NCBI RefSeq assembly: GCF_020745735.1
Contig: NC_083426.1
Span: forward strand, 12,834,001-12,898,000
Source: Hemiscyllium ocellatum
Taxonomy: Eukaryota
Reading direction: 5' to 3'
Length of the DNA: 64,000 nucleotides
Shown: positions 12,101 through 24,100 of the stretch, in pieces
How positions within the stretch are numbered: position 1 is the first letter of the stretch
Layout of the letters: each line of letters opens with the position of its first letter
Made by a program: the position numbers and the translations under genes
The notes under the pieces: generated by a model
Database searches by the model: none
Told to the model about the DNA's origin: nothing
The model's input: the letters and a program-made list of their open reading frames with translations, nothing else

Positions 12101-15100
12101 ATCAAGATCCTGTTGTAATCTGAGGTAACCCTCTTCGGTGTCTATTACACCTTCAATTTAGGTGTCATCTGCAAACTTACTAACTGTACCTCTTATGCTC
12201 GTAACCAAATCATTTATGTAAATGTCAAAAAGTAAAGGGCCCAGCACTGATCCTGATCACTGGCCTCCAGTCTGAAAAACAACCCTCCACCACCACCCTC
12301 TGTCTTCTACCTTTGAGCCAGTTCTGTATCCAAATGGCTGGTTCTCCCTGTATTCCATGAGATCTAATCTTGCTAATCAGTGCCCCATGGGGAACGTTGT
12401 TGAACGCCTTCATGAAGTCGATATAGATCACATCTACTGCTCTGCCCTCATCAATCTTCTTTGTTATTTCTTCAAAAAACTCAATCAAGTTTTGTGAGAC
12501 ATGATTTCTCAAGCACAAAGCCATGTTGACTATCCCGAATCAGGCCTGGCCTTTCCAAACACATATACATCCTGTCCGTCAGGATTCCCTCCAACACCTT
12601 GCCCACCACCGAGGTCAGGCTCACTGGTCTGTAGTTCCTTGGCTTGTCCTTACCACCCTTCTTAAACAGTGACATCACGTTTGCCAACATTCACTCTTCC
12701 GGCATCTCACCTGTGACTATTTTTGCTCCTTCACAATCTACAGACCCAGAAAATAACACCGTCTTATTCCTCGACAAACACTGCCCCAGGTTAAATTAAT
12801 AGCTATGGCTTATATTTTAAGTTTAATCAAGAGGCTTATTTACAAAACCATATAATCATGAAAGAATCCACTGTACCCACTACTGCAGCCTTTCGCTTGG
12901 ACAGGCTTAAAACAACAATTACCTTCTCTGATTGTGTACTGTGAACTTCGTCCAACAGTTCCTCCAAGATTCGGTGTGAACTTCACTGATTGTTAATTTT
13001 CCCAGATGCGCTGCGATGTCCAGCGATACACGAATTCAAACAGCAAAGGCAGTAACTGTGCAGGTTTTCTCTCTCTCTCTCTCTCTCCTGCACTGTCCTC
13101 ACCATGTGCTTCCTTTGTCTGCTCTTCTCCCTTTTAAACTGCTGTTGTTTTGACTTTTTTTTCCAAAGTTCCAAAACAATGCAACAGCAGATAAACAATA
13201 ATTGCTGCTTCTGGAATTCGTGGAAATCACCTCCAACACCTAAAATACCTCAAAAAAAGGAGCAGCTCTTACAGCCAGAAATGTTTCCCATCCTGGGAAT
13301 TTGGAACATCCTGAGGCTGTGACAAAGGATTGCCTTCATCATGAACTCGATGGAATGGAGCTGATTAAAATGTTAATGTTTATATTAAGCAATTCAATCC
13401 AGTCAAATTTATCAATTTGATTCTCCTCCGTTTCAGGTGATTTATGGGCAGAGAAAGATGTAACGGGAATTTTGGGAAGAGCGATCACAATATCTTGTCA
13501 CTACGAAGCACGGTGGTACCAGTCACACATAAAATATTGGTGTCTCGGATGGACTCGTCAGTGTAAGGTAATAGCAATGACAAATTGGCCAAATGGGAGA
13601 ATATCAATCACTGACAACAAAACACAAGGAATATTTCTTGTCACAATCAAGAATCTTCAATGGAGTGATGCCGGACGATACAGCTGTGGGATTGAGTTTC
13701 CTGGTATTGAGCTTGACCTCCTGTTTACCGTAAATCTGCACATCTCTGAAGGTAAATGTCTCATTGATCTTTTCAAAAGATACTCTCTGCTGATATATCT
13801 TATCAATGTTTATCCAGGAAGAAAAGTGACAAAGAGTTGGGGGATATTTGATTTTTTGATCTCTCAAAAATTGTTTCTTTCCCACAGAAGCTGTCTCTGT
13901 TCCTGGGCTTCGATTTTTATCCCAACCAAAAACCTCATGGTCTGGGTTTTCAGTGACCTGTGAGTCTGCCCGGGGATCCCTCCCCATCCACTACACATGG
14001 TCTGAGAAGATGCCATCACAAGATTCAATGATCTCTGACACCAATAAACTGGATCTACATTGTCAATCCTTCACACAGCAACATCATCAATATTACTGCA
14101 CAGCCTCAAATACTCAGGGAACAAAACCCAGTGAAATTGTTCATGTGTCAGTCAACAATGTAAGAGAGAAGAACTGCAGTTATAGGATACAGATCAACAG
14201 CATCGGTAAGTGTGATGTAAACAATGCTTGTTTATTATCTCTCTCTGGGAAACTGTAATTGATAAAATGCACTCCATTTGTTTCTTCATCATTTCTGGAA
14301 AAATCCAAGGGTTTACACTGTAGTTAGAAAATGTGGAGGTCCAAAAAATACTAACCATGTCATGCAGAAACATTGGAACAACTTCAATAATCCCCGCAAA
14401 ATTAAAACAGCATTTTATTGATGGAGAATTTGCATTTTTCTAACAAATGGAATTTTAAATTCACTCCTTGAATGTTGTGTCCAGATTTAGGGCCGATATT
14501 GGGGATAGAGAGGAAATCAGTTGTACAATGAAATACCTATAAATATTGCCTGCAGCCATTTCCTGATCTGATCTGTTTGAGCTGTCAGAGAAGAAGCAAG
14601 TCAGCATCAAGTCGAAGTGACCCACGGGAACTGTATTTGGAACTATCAGCAGCAGCTCATGTGGCTGCACTCCCACTTTTGATGCCAGCATGTTGGGGGT
14701 TCCAGTTCCCCTTCGGGGTTAAAATCCAGCTGGATCCCAGTGCCCAGCAGAGAGAAGTAATGCTGTGCTGTGGCAGGTGAGACAGTGTCGATGAGGTGAG
14801 AAACTGAGAACCTGTTCCCCCTTTAGGAATGGCACCATTTGTAAACTATTTACAGAATAGAGGTCCTCCTAGTGTCTGAGCAAGCATTCATAGAGTCATA
14901 GAGTCATAGAGATGTACAGCGTGGAAACAGACCCTTTGATTCAACGCGTCCATGCCGACCAAATATCCCAACCCAATCTAGTCCCACCTGCCAGCACCAG
15001 GCCCATATCCCTCTAAACCCTTCCTATTCATATACCCATCCAGATTCCTTTTAAATGTTGCAATTGTACCAGCCTCCACCACTTCTTCTGGCAGCACATT

Positions 15101-18100
15101 TATTCCATGTACCACCCTCTGTGTGCAAAAGTTACCCCTTAGGTCTCTTTTATATCTTTCCCTCTCACCCTAAACCTATGCTCGCTAGTTCTGGACTCCC
15201 CCACCCCAGGGAAAAGTCTTTGTCTGTTTATCCTATCCATACCCCTGTTGGGGAGAATCTGCTATCGGGGTACCTACATTGGGGCTAGGGAGGGGAGCAC
15301 CATTATTAAAGCAGACACTGTCAGATACCAGCTAAAACACAGCCATGTAAAGTAAACCCAGCCACTGCAGGACTGCCTGCCTGGGGCCACATTCCTGGGG
15401 GATTAGAACATGTCCGTCAGTTTCAGATCATCCTATTACACTCTCATTGTTAATAAAGGAAACCGGTAACTATCGGATAGTGTAAATCGCACCGATACCA
15501 CACTTGATTGATAAAGTACTTGCTAATGCCTCCGCTGACGTCAAACTCATTCGGGTCCTGTGTTAAATGATAATATCTGTATATTCAACTATGGAGAACT
15601 ATTGTGAACGCCCAGACAGCCAGACGCATAGCAATGAGGAAACCCTTCCAACAATAAACTTTTAATTTACAAGATCGGAAACTGCCGAACCCAGGATGTC
15701 TACCCATTGTTCGGCACAGCAGGAGTGGGACAGGTATCTCGGGGCAGCCAATAGAGACACTAATCCCTTCACAGATAGGTGAACCGACCAATGAAAGAGC
15801 CGAACAAGGGGAACCTGACCGGGAACTCGAGGAAGCGCGAAGTACAACTGCACCAGATCCGAAGGGAGAGACAGAACGCCTTCTCCAACGAATTGCATGC
15901 CTTTGAATTCGTTGTATAGTTTGCCAGTTTTGATCCTGTAATAAACGGTGTTTTTGCTCCAAACTCTAGCCGGTTTGATCTCTCCTTCCAACGAACACGT
16001 AGAGACGAGACCATTCGGTTTCCGTCTCAACACCCCTCATAATGTTGTAAACCTCTATAAGGTCACCCCTCAGTATATGACGCTCCAGGGAAAATAATCC
16101 CAGCCTGTTCAGCCTCTCTCTATAGTTCAAATCCTCCAACCCTGACAAAATCCTTGTAAATCTTTTCTGAACCCTTTCAAGGTTCACAACATCTTTCCGA
16201 TAGAAAGACAACCAAAATTGCAGACAATATTCCAGCAGAAGCCTAACCAATACCATGTACAGCTGCATCATCACCTCCCAACTCCTGTACTCAATACTCT
16301 GACCAAGAAAAGGAAACATATCAAATGCCTTCTTCACTATCCAATCTACCTGCAACTCCACTTTCAAGGAACTATGAATCTGCACTCCAAGGTCTCTTTG
16401 TTCAGCAACACTCTCGAGGACCTCACCAGTCCTACGAAGATTTGCTTTCCAAAAATGCAGCATCTCGCATTTATATGAATTAAACTCCATATGCCACTTC
16501 TCAGCCCATTGGCCCAACTGATCAAGATCCTGTTGTAATCTGAGATAACCTTCTTCACTGTCCACTACACCTCCAATTTTGGTGTCATCTGCAGACTCAC
16601 TAACTGTACCTCTTATGATTGTATCCAAATCATTTATGTAAATTACAAAAAGTCGAGGACCCAGCACCGATCCGTGTGGCACTTCACTGATCACAGGACT
16701 CCAGTCTGAAAAACCACCCTCCACTACCACCCTCTGTCTTCTAACTTTGTGCCAGTTCTGTATCCAAATGGCTAGTTCTCCCTGTATTCCATGAGATCTA
16801 ACCTTGCTAATCGATCTCCCATGGGGAAACTTGTCAAACACTTTACTGAAGTCCATGTAGATCACATCTACCATTCTGCCTTCATCAATCCTCTTTGTTA
16901 CTTTTTTCAAAAACCTCAATCAAGTTTGTGAGACATGATTTCCCACGCACAAAGCCATGTTGATTATCCCTAATCAGTCCTTACCTTTCCAAATACTTGC
17001 ATATCCTCTCCCTCAGGATTCCCTCCAACAACTTGCCCACCACTGACATCAGGCTGACTGGTTATAGATCCCTGGCTTGTCTTTACTAACCTCCTTAAAT
17101 AGTGGCACCATGTGAGCCAACCTCCAGTCTCCTGGCACCTCACCTGTGACTATTGATGATCCAAAAATCTCAGCAAGAGGCCCAGCAATCACTTCTCTAG
17201 CTTCTCAAAGAGTTCTAGGGTACACCTAATCAGGTCCTGGAGATTTATTCACGTTTATGCATTTCAGGACATCCTGCACTTCTTCCTCTGTAATATGGAC
17301 ATATTCCAAGGTGTCACCATTTACTTCGCTACTTTCTATATCTTCCATAACCTTTTCCACAGTAAATACTGATGCAAAATACTCACTGAGTATCTCCCAC
17401 ATTTTCTGTGGCTCCACACAAAGGCCGCCTTGCTGATCTTTGAGGGCCCCTATTCTCTCCCGAGTTATCCTTTTGTCCTTAATGTATTGTAAAAATCTTT
17501 GGATTCTCCTTAACTCTATTTGCCAAAGGTATGTCATTTCCCTTTTTACCCGCCTGATTTCCCTCTTAAGTATACTCCTACTGCCTTTATACTCTTCTCA
17601 GGATTCACTCAATCTATCCTGTCTATACCTTACATATGCTTCCTTCTTTTTCTTAAGCGAACCCTCAATTTCTTTAGTCATCCAGCATTCCCTATACCTA
17701 CCAGCCTTTCCTTTCACCCTAACAGGAATGTACTTTCTCTGGATTCTCGTTATCTCATTTCTGAAGACTCCCCATTTTCCAGCCGTCCCTTTACTTGCGA
17801 ACATCTGCCCCTAATCAGCTTTCAAATGTACTTGCCTCATACTGTAAAATTAGACTCTCTCCAATTTAGTACTTCAACTTTTAGATCTAGTCTATCCTTT
17901 TCCATCACTCTTAAATCTCGTGGAATTATGGTCGCTGGCCACAAAGTGCTCCCCCACTGACACCTCAGTCACCTGCCCTGCCTTATTTCCCAAGAGTAGT
18001 CAGGTTTTGCACATTCCCTGGTAGGTACATCCACATACTGAATCATAAAATTGTCTTGTACGCACTTAACAAATTCCTCTCCATCTAAACCCTTAACACT

Positions 18101-21100
18101 ATGGCAGTCCCAGTCTATGTTTGGAAAGTTAAAGTCCCCTACCATAACCACCCTCTTATTCTTACAGAAAGCTGAGATCTCCTGACAAGTTTGTTTCTCA
18201 ATTTCCCTCTGACTGTTCGGGGGTCAGTAATACAATCCAAATAAGGTTATCATCCCTTACTTATTTCTCAGTTTCCCCCAGATAACTTCCCTGGATGTAT
18301 TTCCAGGAATATCCTCCCTCAGCACAGCTGTAAGGCTATCCCTTATCAAAAACGCCACTCTCCCTCCTCTCTTGCCTCCCTTTCTATCCTTCCTGTAGCA
18401 TTTGTATCCTGGAACATTAAGCTGCTAGTTCTGCCCATCCCTGAGCCATGTCCCTGTATTTGCTGTGATATGCCAGTCCCATGTTCCCAACCATGCCCTG
18501 AGTTCATCTGCCTTCCCTGTTAGGCTCCTTGCATTGAAATAAATGCAGTTTAATTTAACAGTCCTACCTTGTTCTCTGCTTTGTCCCTGTCTGTCCTGAC
18601 TGTTTGAATCACTTCTGTTCTCAACTGTACCAGTCTCAGATTAATCTCCTTCCTCACTATCTCCCTGGGTTCCTCCCCAACCCCCCCACACCACCCCCGC
18701 CCCCCCCCCCGCCCAACGTTACTAGTTTAAGCCCTCCTGCCCAGCTCAGGCAAATTTCCCTGCCAGTATATTAGTCTGCTTCCAATTCAGGAACAATCCG
18801 TCCCTCTTGTCCAGGTCATTTCTACCACAGAAGAGATTCCAATGATCCAAATGTGTGAATCCTTCACCCATACACCAGCTCCTCAGCCATGCATTCATCT
18901 GCTCTACCCTCCTATTCTTGCCCTCACTAGCTCGTAGCACTGGGAATAATCCAGATATTACTACTCTCGAGGACCTCCATTTTAAATTCCTGCAAAACTC
19001 TCTGTAATCTCCCTTCTGAATCTTAACCATTTCCCTTCCTATGTTGTTTTTTTCCAACATGGACAATGACCTCATGCTGATCCCTCTCCCCTGTGAGAAC
19101 ATTCTGCACCCCCTCTGAGACATCCTTGATCCTGGCGCCAGGGAAGCAACACATCATTCTGCTTTCTCGCTGATGGCCACAGAAACGTCTGTCTGTACCT
19201 CAGACTAGAGAGTCCCCTAACACAACCGATCTCTTGGAACTCGACATACCCCTCATTGCATCAGAGCCTATCTCAATACCAGAAACTTGGCTGTTCTTGC
19301 TACATTCACCTGAGAATCCATCATCCCCTGCATTTCCCAAAACAGCATACCTGTTTGAAATGGGGATAGTCACAGAAAACCCTGCATTACCTGCCTACCT
19401 CTCTTACCTTTCCTGGACATAACCCATCTATGTGACTGTATCTGCAACTTTTCCCCCTTCCTATAACTGCCATCCATCACGCCACCTTGCTCTTGTAAAT
19501 TCTTCATAGCCCTTAACTGTCTCTCCAACCGATACATTCGATATGAAAGGATTTGCAACCAAAAGCATTTATTGCAGATATAATTCTCAGTAACATGTAA
19601 ACTCTCTCAGAACGATCACATTCAACAGGAAGGGCATATCACTCTTCACCAGGCCATTTTTGCTTCTTCCAATTTGCAGACCCAGAAAATAGGACTGTCT
19701 TATTCCTCTCCTGCTCCAGGCTAACTTAATGCTTATATTTTTAAGTTTAATCAAGAGACATATTTCAATAAAACATGTAATCAAGAAAGAAACCACTCTA
19801 CTCACTACTGCAGACTTTCTGTCAGGCCACACTTAAAAATATTCACTTATCTGTTTCTGTGCTGTGACCTCTCCCAAACAGGTTCCTCCAAGATTAGTTG
19901 TCAATTTCATTGTCTGTTAATTTTCTCAGGCGCACTACGATGTCCAGTGATACATCAATTCAAACAACAAAGGCAGTAACTGAGCAGGTTCACTGCTGTG
20001 TCAGTTAGCAGTGTGGGTTTCCTTTTCTGTCTCCCTGTCCTGCACTGACCTAACCATGTGTTGCCTTTGTCTGTTCCTCCCCCTTTTAAAAGTGCTGCTA
20101 ATTTGACATTTTTTGCCCAAAGTTCCAAAACAATGCAGCAGCACTTAAACAGTATTTGCTGCTCCTGGAATTCGAGGAGATCACCTTCAACACCTGAAAT
20201 ACCTCAAAAAAGGAGCAGCCTGTTACGGCCAGAAATTTTTCCCATCCTCCATCTTGGATTACCCAGAATCCTCTTTTTGCTGCCTTCCAACTGTTTTCTT
20301 TCTTCAAATGAGTACTTCACAGAATGGGAAGTATTTTGGGATCTCCTCAGATTCTCGAAAGCACCAAGACCCTTCTGATTTATCAACGTCCTTTAGGCAA
20401 TGATATCTGCCACCATTTCCAAGTCTGCTCCACATCAGACTCCAGTAATGTACTTTGTCCTTAACTGCCCACTTCAAATGGCTTAGAAAACCACTCAGTC
20501 AGGGGAATTGGAATGGACAACAAAAGCTGTCCATTAAAGTCTAAAAAATAAAGAGTTCATAGTTTATTTGTTGCAGAAATGATTCACCTAAAAAAAAACC
20601 CCAACCCATGTTGACTGTGCATTCCCTGGAGATGGGGAACCTCATCTGTCTGTCTCATGGATTCTCACACTTCAGGAGATGGAAAACCACTGGCGGGTTG
20701 TGTCGGTGTGAGGATGAGGTTTCACATTATTCCTGCAGGCTCAGAAAACAGACCTCAAGAGGATGGAGGTGACCACTGTCTATGTCGGCAAGTGACAGCT
20801 CCATGTGAAACCCATGGTTTTAAACAAGTGGGATATCTGGGATGTAGTTACCAGCCCAAACCCTTTAACAAACACCAATGTGACACACCAACTCTCAGAT
20901 TCAGGGAAAAAAGTAATCGGGATTGTCATTGTGGGGAACTACAGGAGATGGGAGAGATACTGAACAAATATTTCGCAGGAGTTTCTACAATGGAAAATAA
21001 CATAGAGGTGAGGGAGCTCCAGGAAATAAACATTGATGTCATAAGACACAGTCCATATTATACAAGAGGAAGTTTTGGAGGTTTTAAAAAACATAAAAGT

Positions 21101-24100
21101 TAATAACTCACTGGGACCTGATCAAGTGTATCCGAGGATGGTGTGGGAAGTTGGGGAAGGAATTTGGGGCATCTCTAGCAGAGATATTTGCAACATCCAC
21201 AGCCATGGGTGAGGTGCTGAAGGACTGGAGGGTGGTTAATGTTGTGCCTTTATATAAGAAAGACTGTAAGGAGAAGCTTGGGAACTCTCGAGCTGTGATT
21301 CCGATATCTGTGCTGGGTTGGTTGTTGCAGTGGATTCTGAGAGTTAGGATTTACATACATTTGGAGAGTCAAGAGCTGATTTGGGATAGAGTGAGTGAAA
21401 TCGTGCTGTCCAAACCTGACTGAGATATTTAATGAAGTTACCAAAACAATTGATGACAACACAGCAGTACACATTGTCTACACAGACATTAATGACAGGG
21501 TTCCGCAGGGTAGACTAATCAGGAAAGTTCGATCACATGGGGTTCAGGGTAAGCTTGCCAATCAGATACAAATTTGGTTTGGGACAGGAGACAGAGGGTG
21601 GTCATGAAGGACGTTTTTTGGACTGATGGCATGTGACGAGTGGTGTTTCACAGGGATCAGTGTAATTTGTATAAGCAATTTGGAGAGGAATTTAGGATGC
21701 ATGGTTAATGAGTTTGTGAATGACACCAAATTGGGTGGTACAGTCAACAGTGAAGAAGATTATCTAAGATTACCAAGGCATTTTGATCAGCTGGGTCATT
21801 GGGCTGCTCGGTGGCAGATGGAGTTTAATTTGGATAAATGTGAGGTATTGCATTTTGGTAAAACAAACAAGGGGAGGATTTATACAATTAATGGTCAGGC
21901 CCTGGATTGTGCTGGCGAACAGAGGGACCTTGGGGCTCAGGTGAAGCAGGTATTTAGCACGTTTGTCTGCATTGCTCAGACCATTGAGTATCGGAGTTGG
22001 AACATCTTATTGTGGTTGTATAGGATGTTGCTGAGGCCACTCTTGGAGCACTGTGTACAATTCTGATCACTGCAACAGGAAGGTGATCATTCAACTGGAG
22101 AGGTTTCGATCTTCTCCTGAACATATCATAAGCCCATGTGACAGAGTTCCCAAATACTGAAGAGCAACCTTATTAATTATGAATGAAATGAAAAAGAGCA
22201 AATAATGTTTCTTTTAAGTGAACATACCAGTATAATAATTTTAATTTTTCCAAAGTTTTTAATGTTGAACACACTCTGGAAACAGGAGTGGTAGTAACTC
22301 CTCAAACAAAATATCTTGCGTTTGCTTTTATTTCTTTTCTGTTTTGGAGTGCTGTTCATTAAATATTGTTTTGTGAGATTCAGTCACAAAAGTAGGTGGT
22401 TGGGTTATATTTCTCTTCTCACTAAAAGCCTTTTTCCATTCAGTCTTTAACTTGAATGAAGTTGTTTACTCTCTTTCAATCTCATTGAATTACACATTAC
22501 AGTGTAATACTACAATAACATTTTTGTTCATCATTTCCATCCCTCCATTTATAGTCAAGAAATTTTCAAACATTCAAAATTAAAATGTCCAATGTAACAT
22601 TACTCTAGACTATGACTTAGTCAATTCTGTTACAAGAAACCTTCCGGAAACATTTTGTGGCTGGAGCCCAGGAATTTCATGCAGAATAATTCACGGGCAG
22701 AAACCTGAAGTGTGCATCTCTCTGTTTTCACAATTCTCTTTCTTCCAAAGCTTCCTTTTTCCAATAAGATCACTGCTTTCTGACCTTCATCACCTTTAAT
22801 CATTCATGTATCTATCTCCCTTTCTTCTCTCCCCACCACCTCTTCACTTACACTTAATATCCTTTCTGTCACTTTATTAAAGAATTGTACCCCACACAAA
22901 AAGCAATTCTCTCAACAAAATTGTTGGTCTGGTATTTATTGAACTAAAGTCTAGCCAGACATCGACAGGCTGCTCCTCTTTCACACCAGAACCTAATGGC
23001 ACAGCAATTTATACATTTTCCCATGAAGCATCTCTCTGGCAAAGTCAGTAACTTACTTTGAGGAGAAAGTGAGGACTGTGGATGCTGGAGATCAGAGTCG
23101 AGAGTGTGGTGCTGGAAAAACACAGCAGGTCAGTCAGCGCCCGGAGAGCAGCTGGTGATTTTACCCTCCTTACATTCTCAGCAATATGTGATTGCAAATA
23201 ATCCTGCCCTTATTGCCATCAAGGTCCTGCACATTGATCTCTCTCCAACAATGTGAAACATCCCGGGCAGAAGCTGAATTCTCTTTCTTTTTCTTTCCTA
23301 CACAAGGGCTCACATCATCGTCCTGGGTCACCTGTTGTGTCTGCTCCTTGAGCCTTGAAAATGCAAACCCTGAGCCCACCATGAGTCCACACACACACAC
23401 ACACCTCCTCCCTGGATGAAACCCTCCTTCACTGGTCGGAGTAAGGACCCTTCAGCACCTGTACCCTCCTTCACACTGATCCCCAGCCGACTCCAATCCA
23501 GGCCTTTCACTCAGGCTGCTCTCCGCGGGGGACAACATTTCGATGATGTCACACACGGTGGAGTTAGAGCCCACAGCGGGCAGCACAAACCCAATTTCAA
23601 GATTGTCCCTAAGCTTGACCAGGAAGGTAAGAAAATATCCCGACTATTTCAATTATTCCCTGGGAATTTGGAACAGCCTGAGACTGTGATAATGGTTTAT
23701 ATGAATGATTACCTTCATCATGTACTGGGTGGAGTGCAGCTGATTAAAATGTATCTGTGTTTATTAAGTCATTCTTTCCAGTTAAATTTCTGAAATATTA
23801 TCTCTTCAGTTTCAGATGTTTTAATGGCAGCGAAACACGTCACTGGAATTTTGGGAAGAGCGATCACAATATCTTGTTACTATGAAAATTGGTGGTACCA
23901 ATCAAACATGAAATATTGGTGTCATGGAAGGAATCGTTCATGTAATATTATAGCAAAAACAGATTGGCCAAATGGGAGAATATCAATCACTGAGAACAAA
24001 ACACAAGGAATATTTCTTGTCACAATGAAGAATCTTCAATGGGAAGATGCCGGATGGTACAGCTGTGGGATTCAGATTCCTGGTATTTACTCTGACCTCA

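Noticed and set aside
13604-13987. Minus-strand ORFs MGRDP... over the V-C2 exons (also 24178-24369 and 46898-47151)
   Set aside because: Antisense shadows of real exons; lengths and frames are not conserved among the three copies.
14461-14780. Conserved short ORFs on both strands in the post-C2 intron (also 47758-48059)
   Set aside because: Conservation follows from high nucleotide identity. The candidate acceptor lacks a pyrimidine tract and gives an immediate stop.
15585-16033. Three overlapping 81-125 aa minus ORFs
   Set aside because: They lie inside the solo LTR, have no recognisable domain and overlap in all frames.
15966-16919. 317-aa RT ORF as an active or host gene
   Set aside because: Fragment of a CR1 ORF2 with upstream stops and a downstream LTR interruption.
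18680-18714. C-rich tract (also a G14 run at 61147-61160) as functional G-quadruplex
   Set aside because: Simple homopolymer expansion with no supporting conservation.
23416-23553. Decayed Ig or TCR V segment upstream of the RSS-like motif
   Set aside because: Only a weak framework 3 resemblance; no YYC, WY or first Cys and no leader. Mentioned only as a caveated note in the RSS finding.
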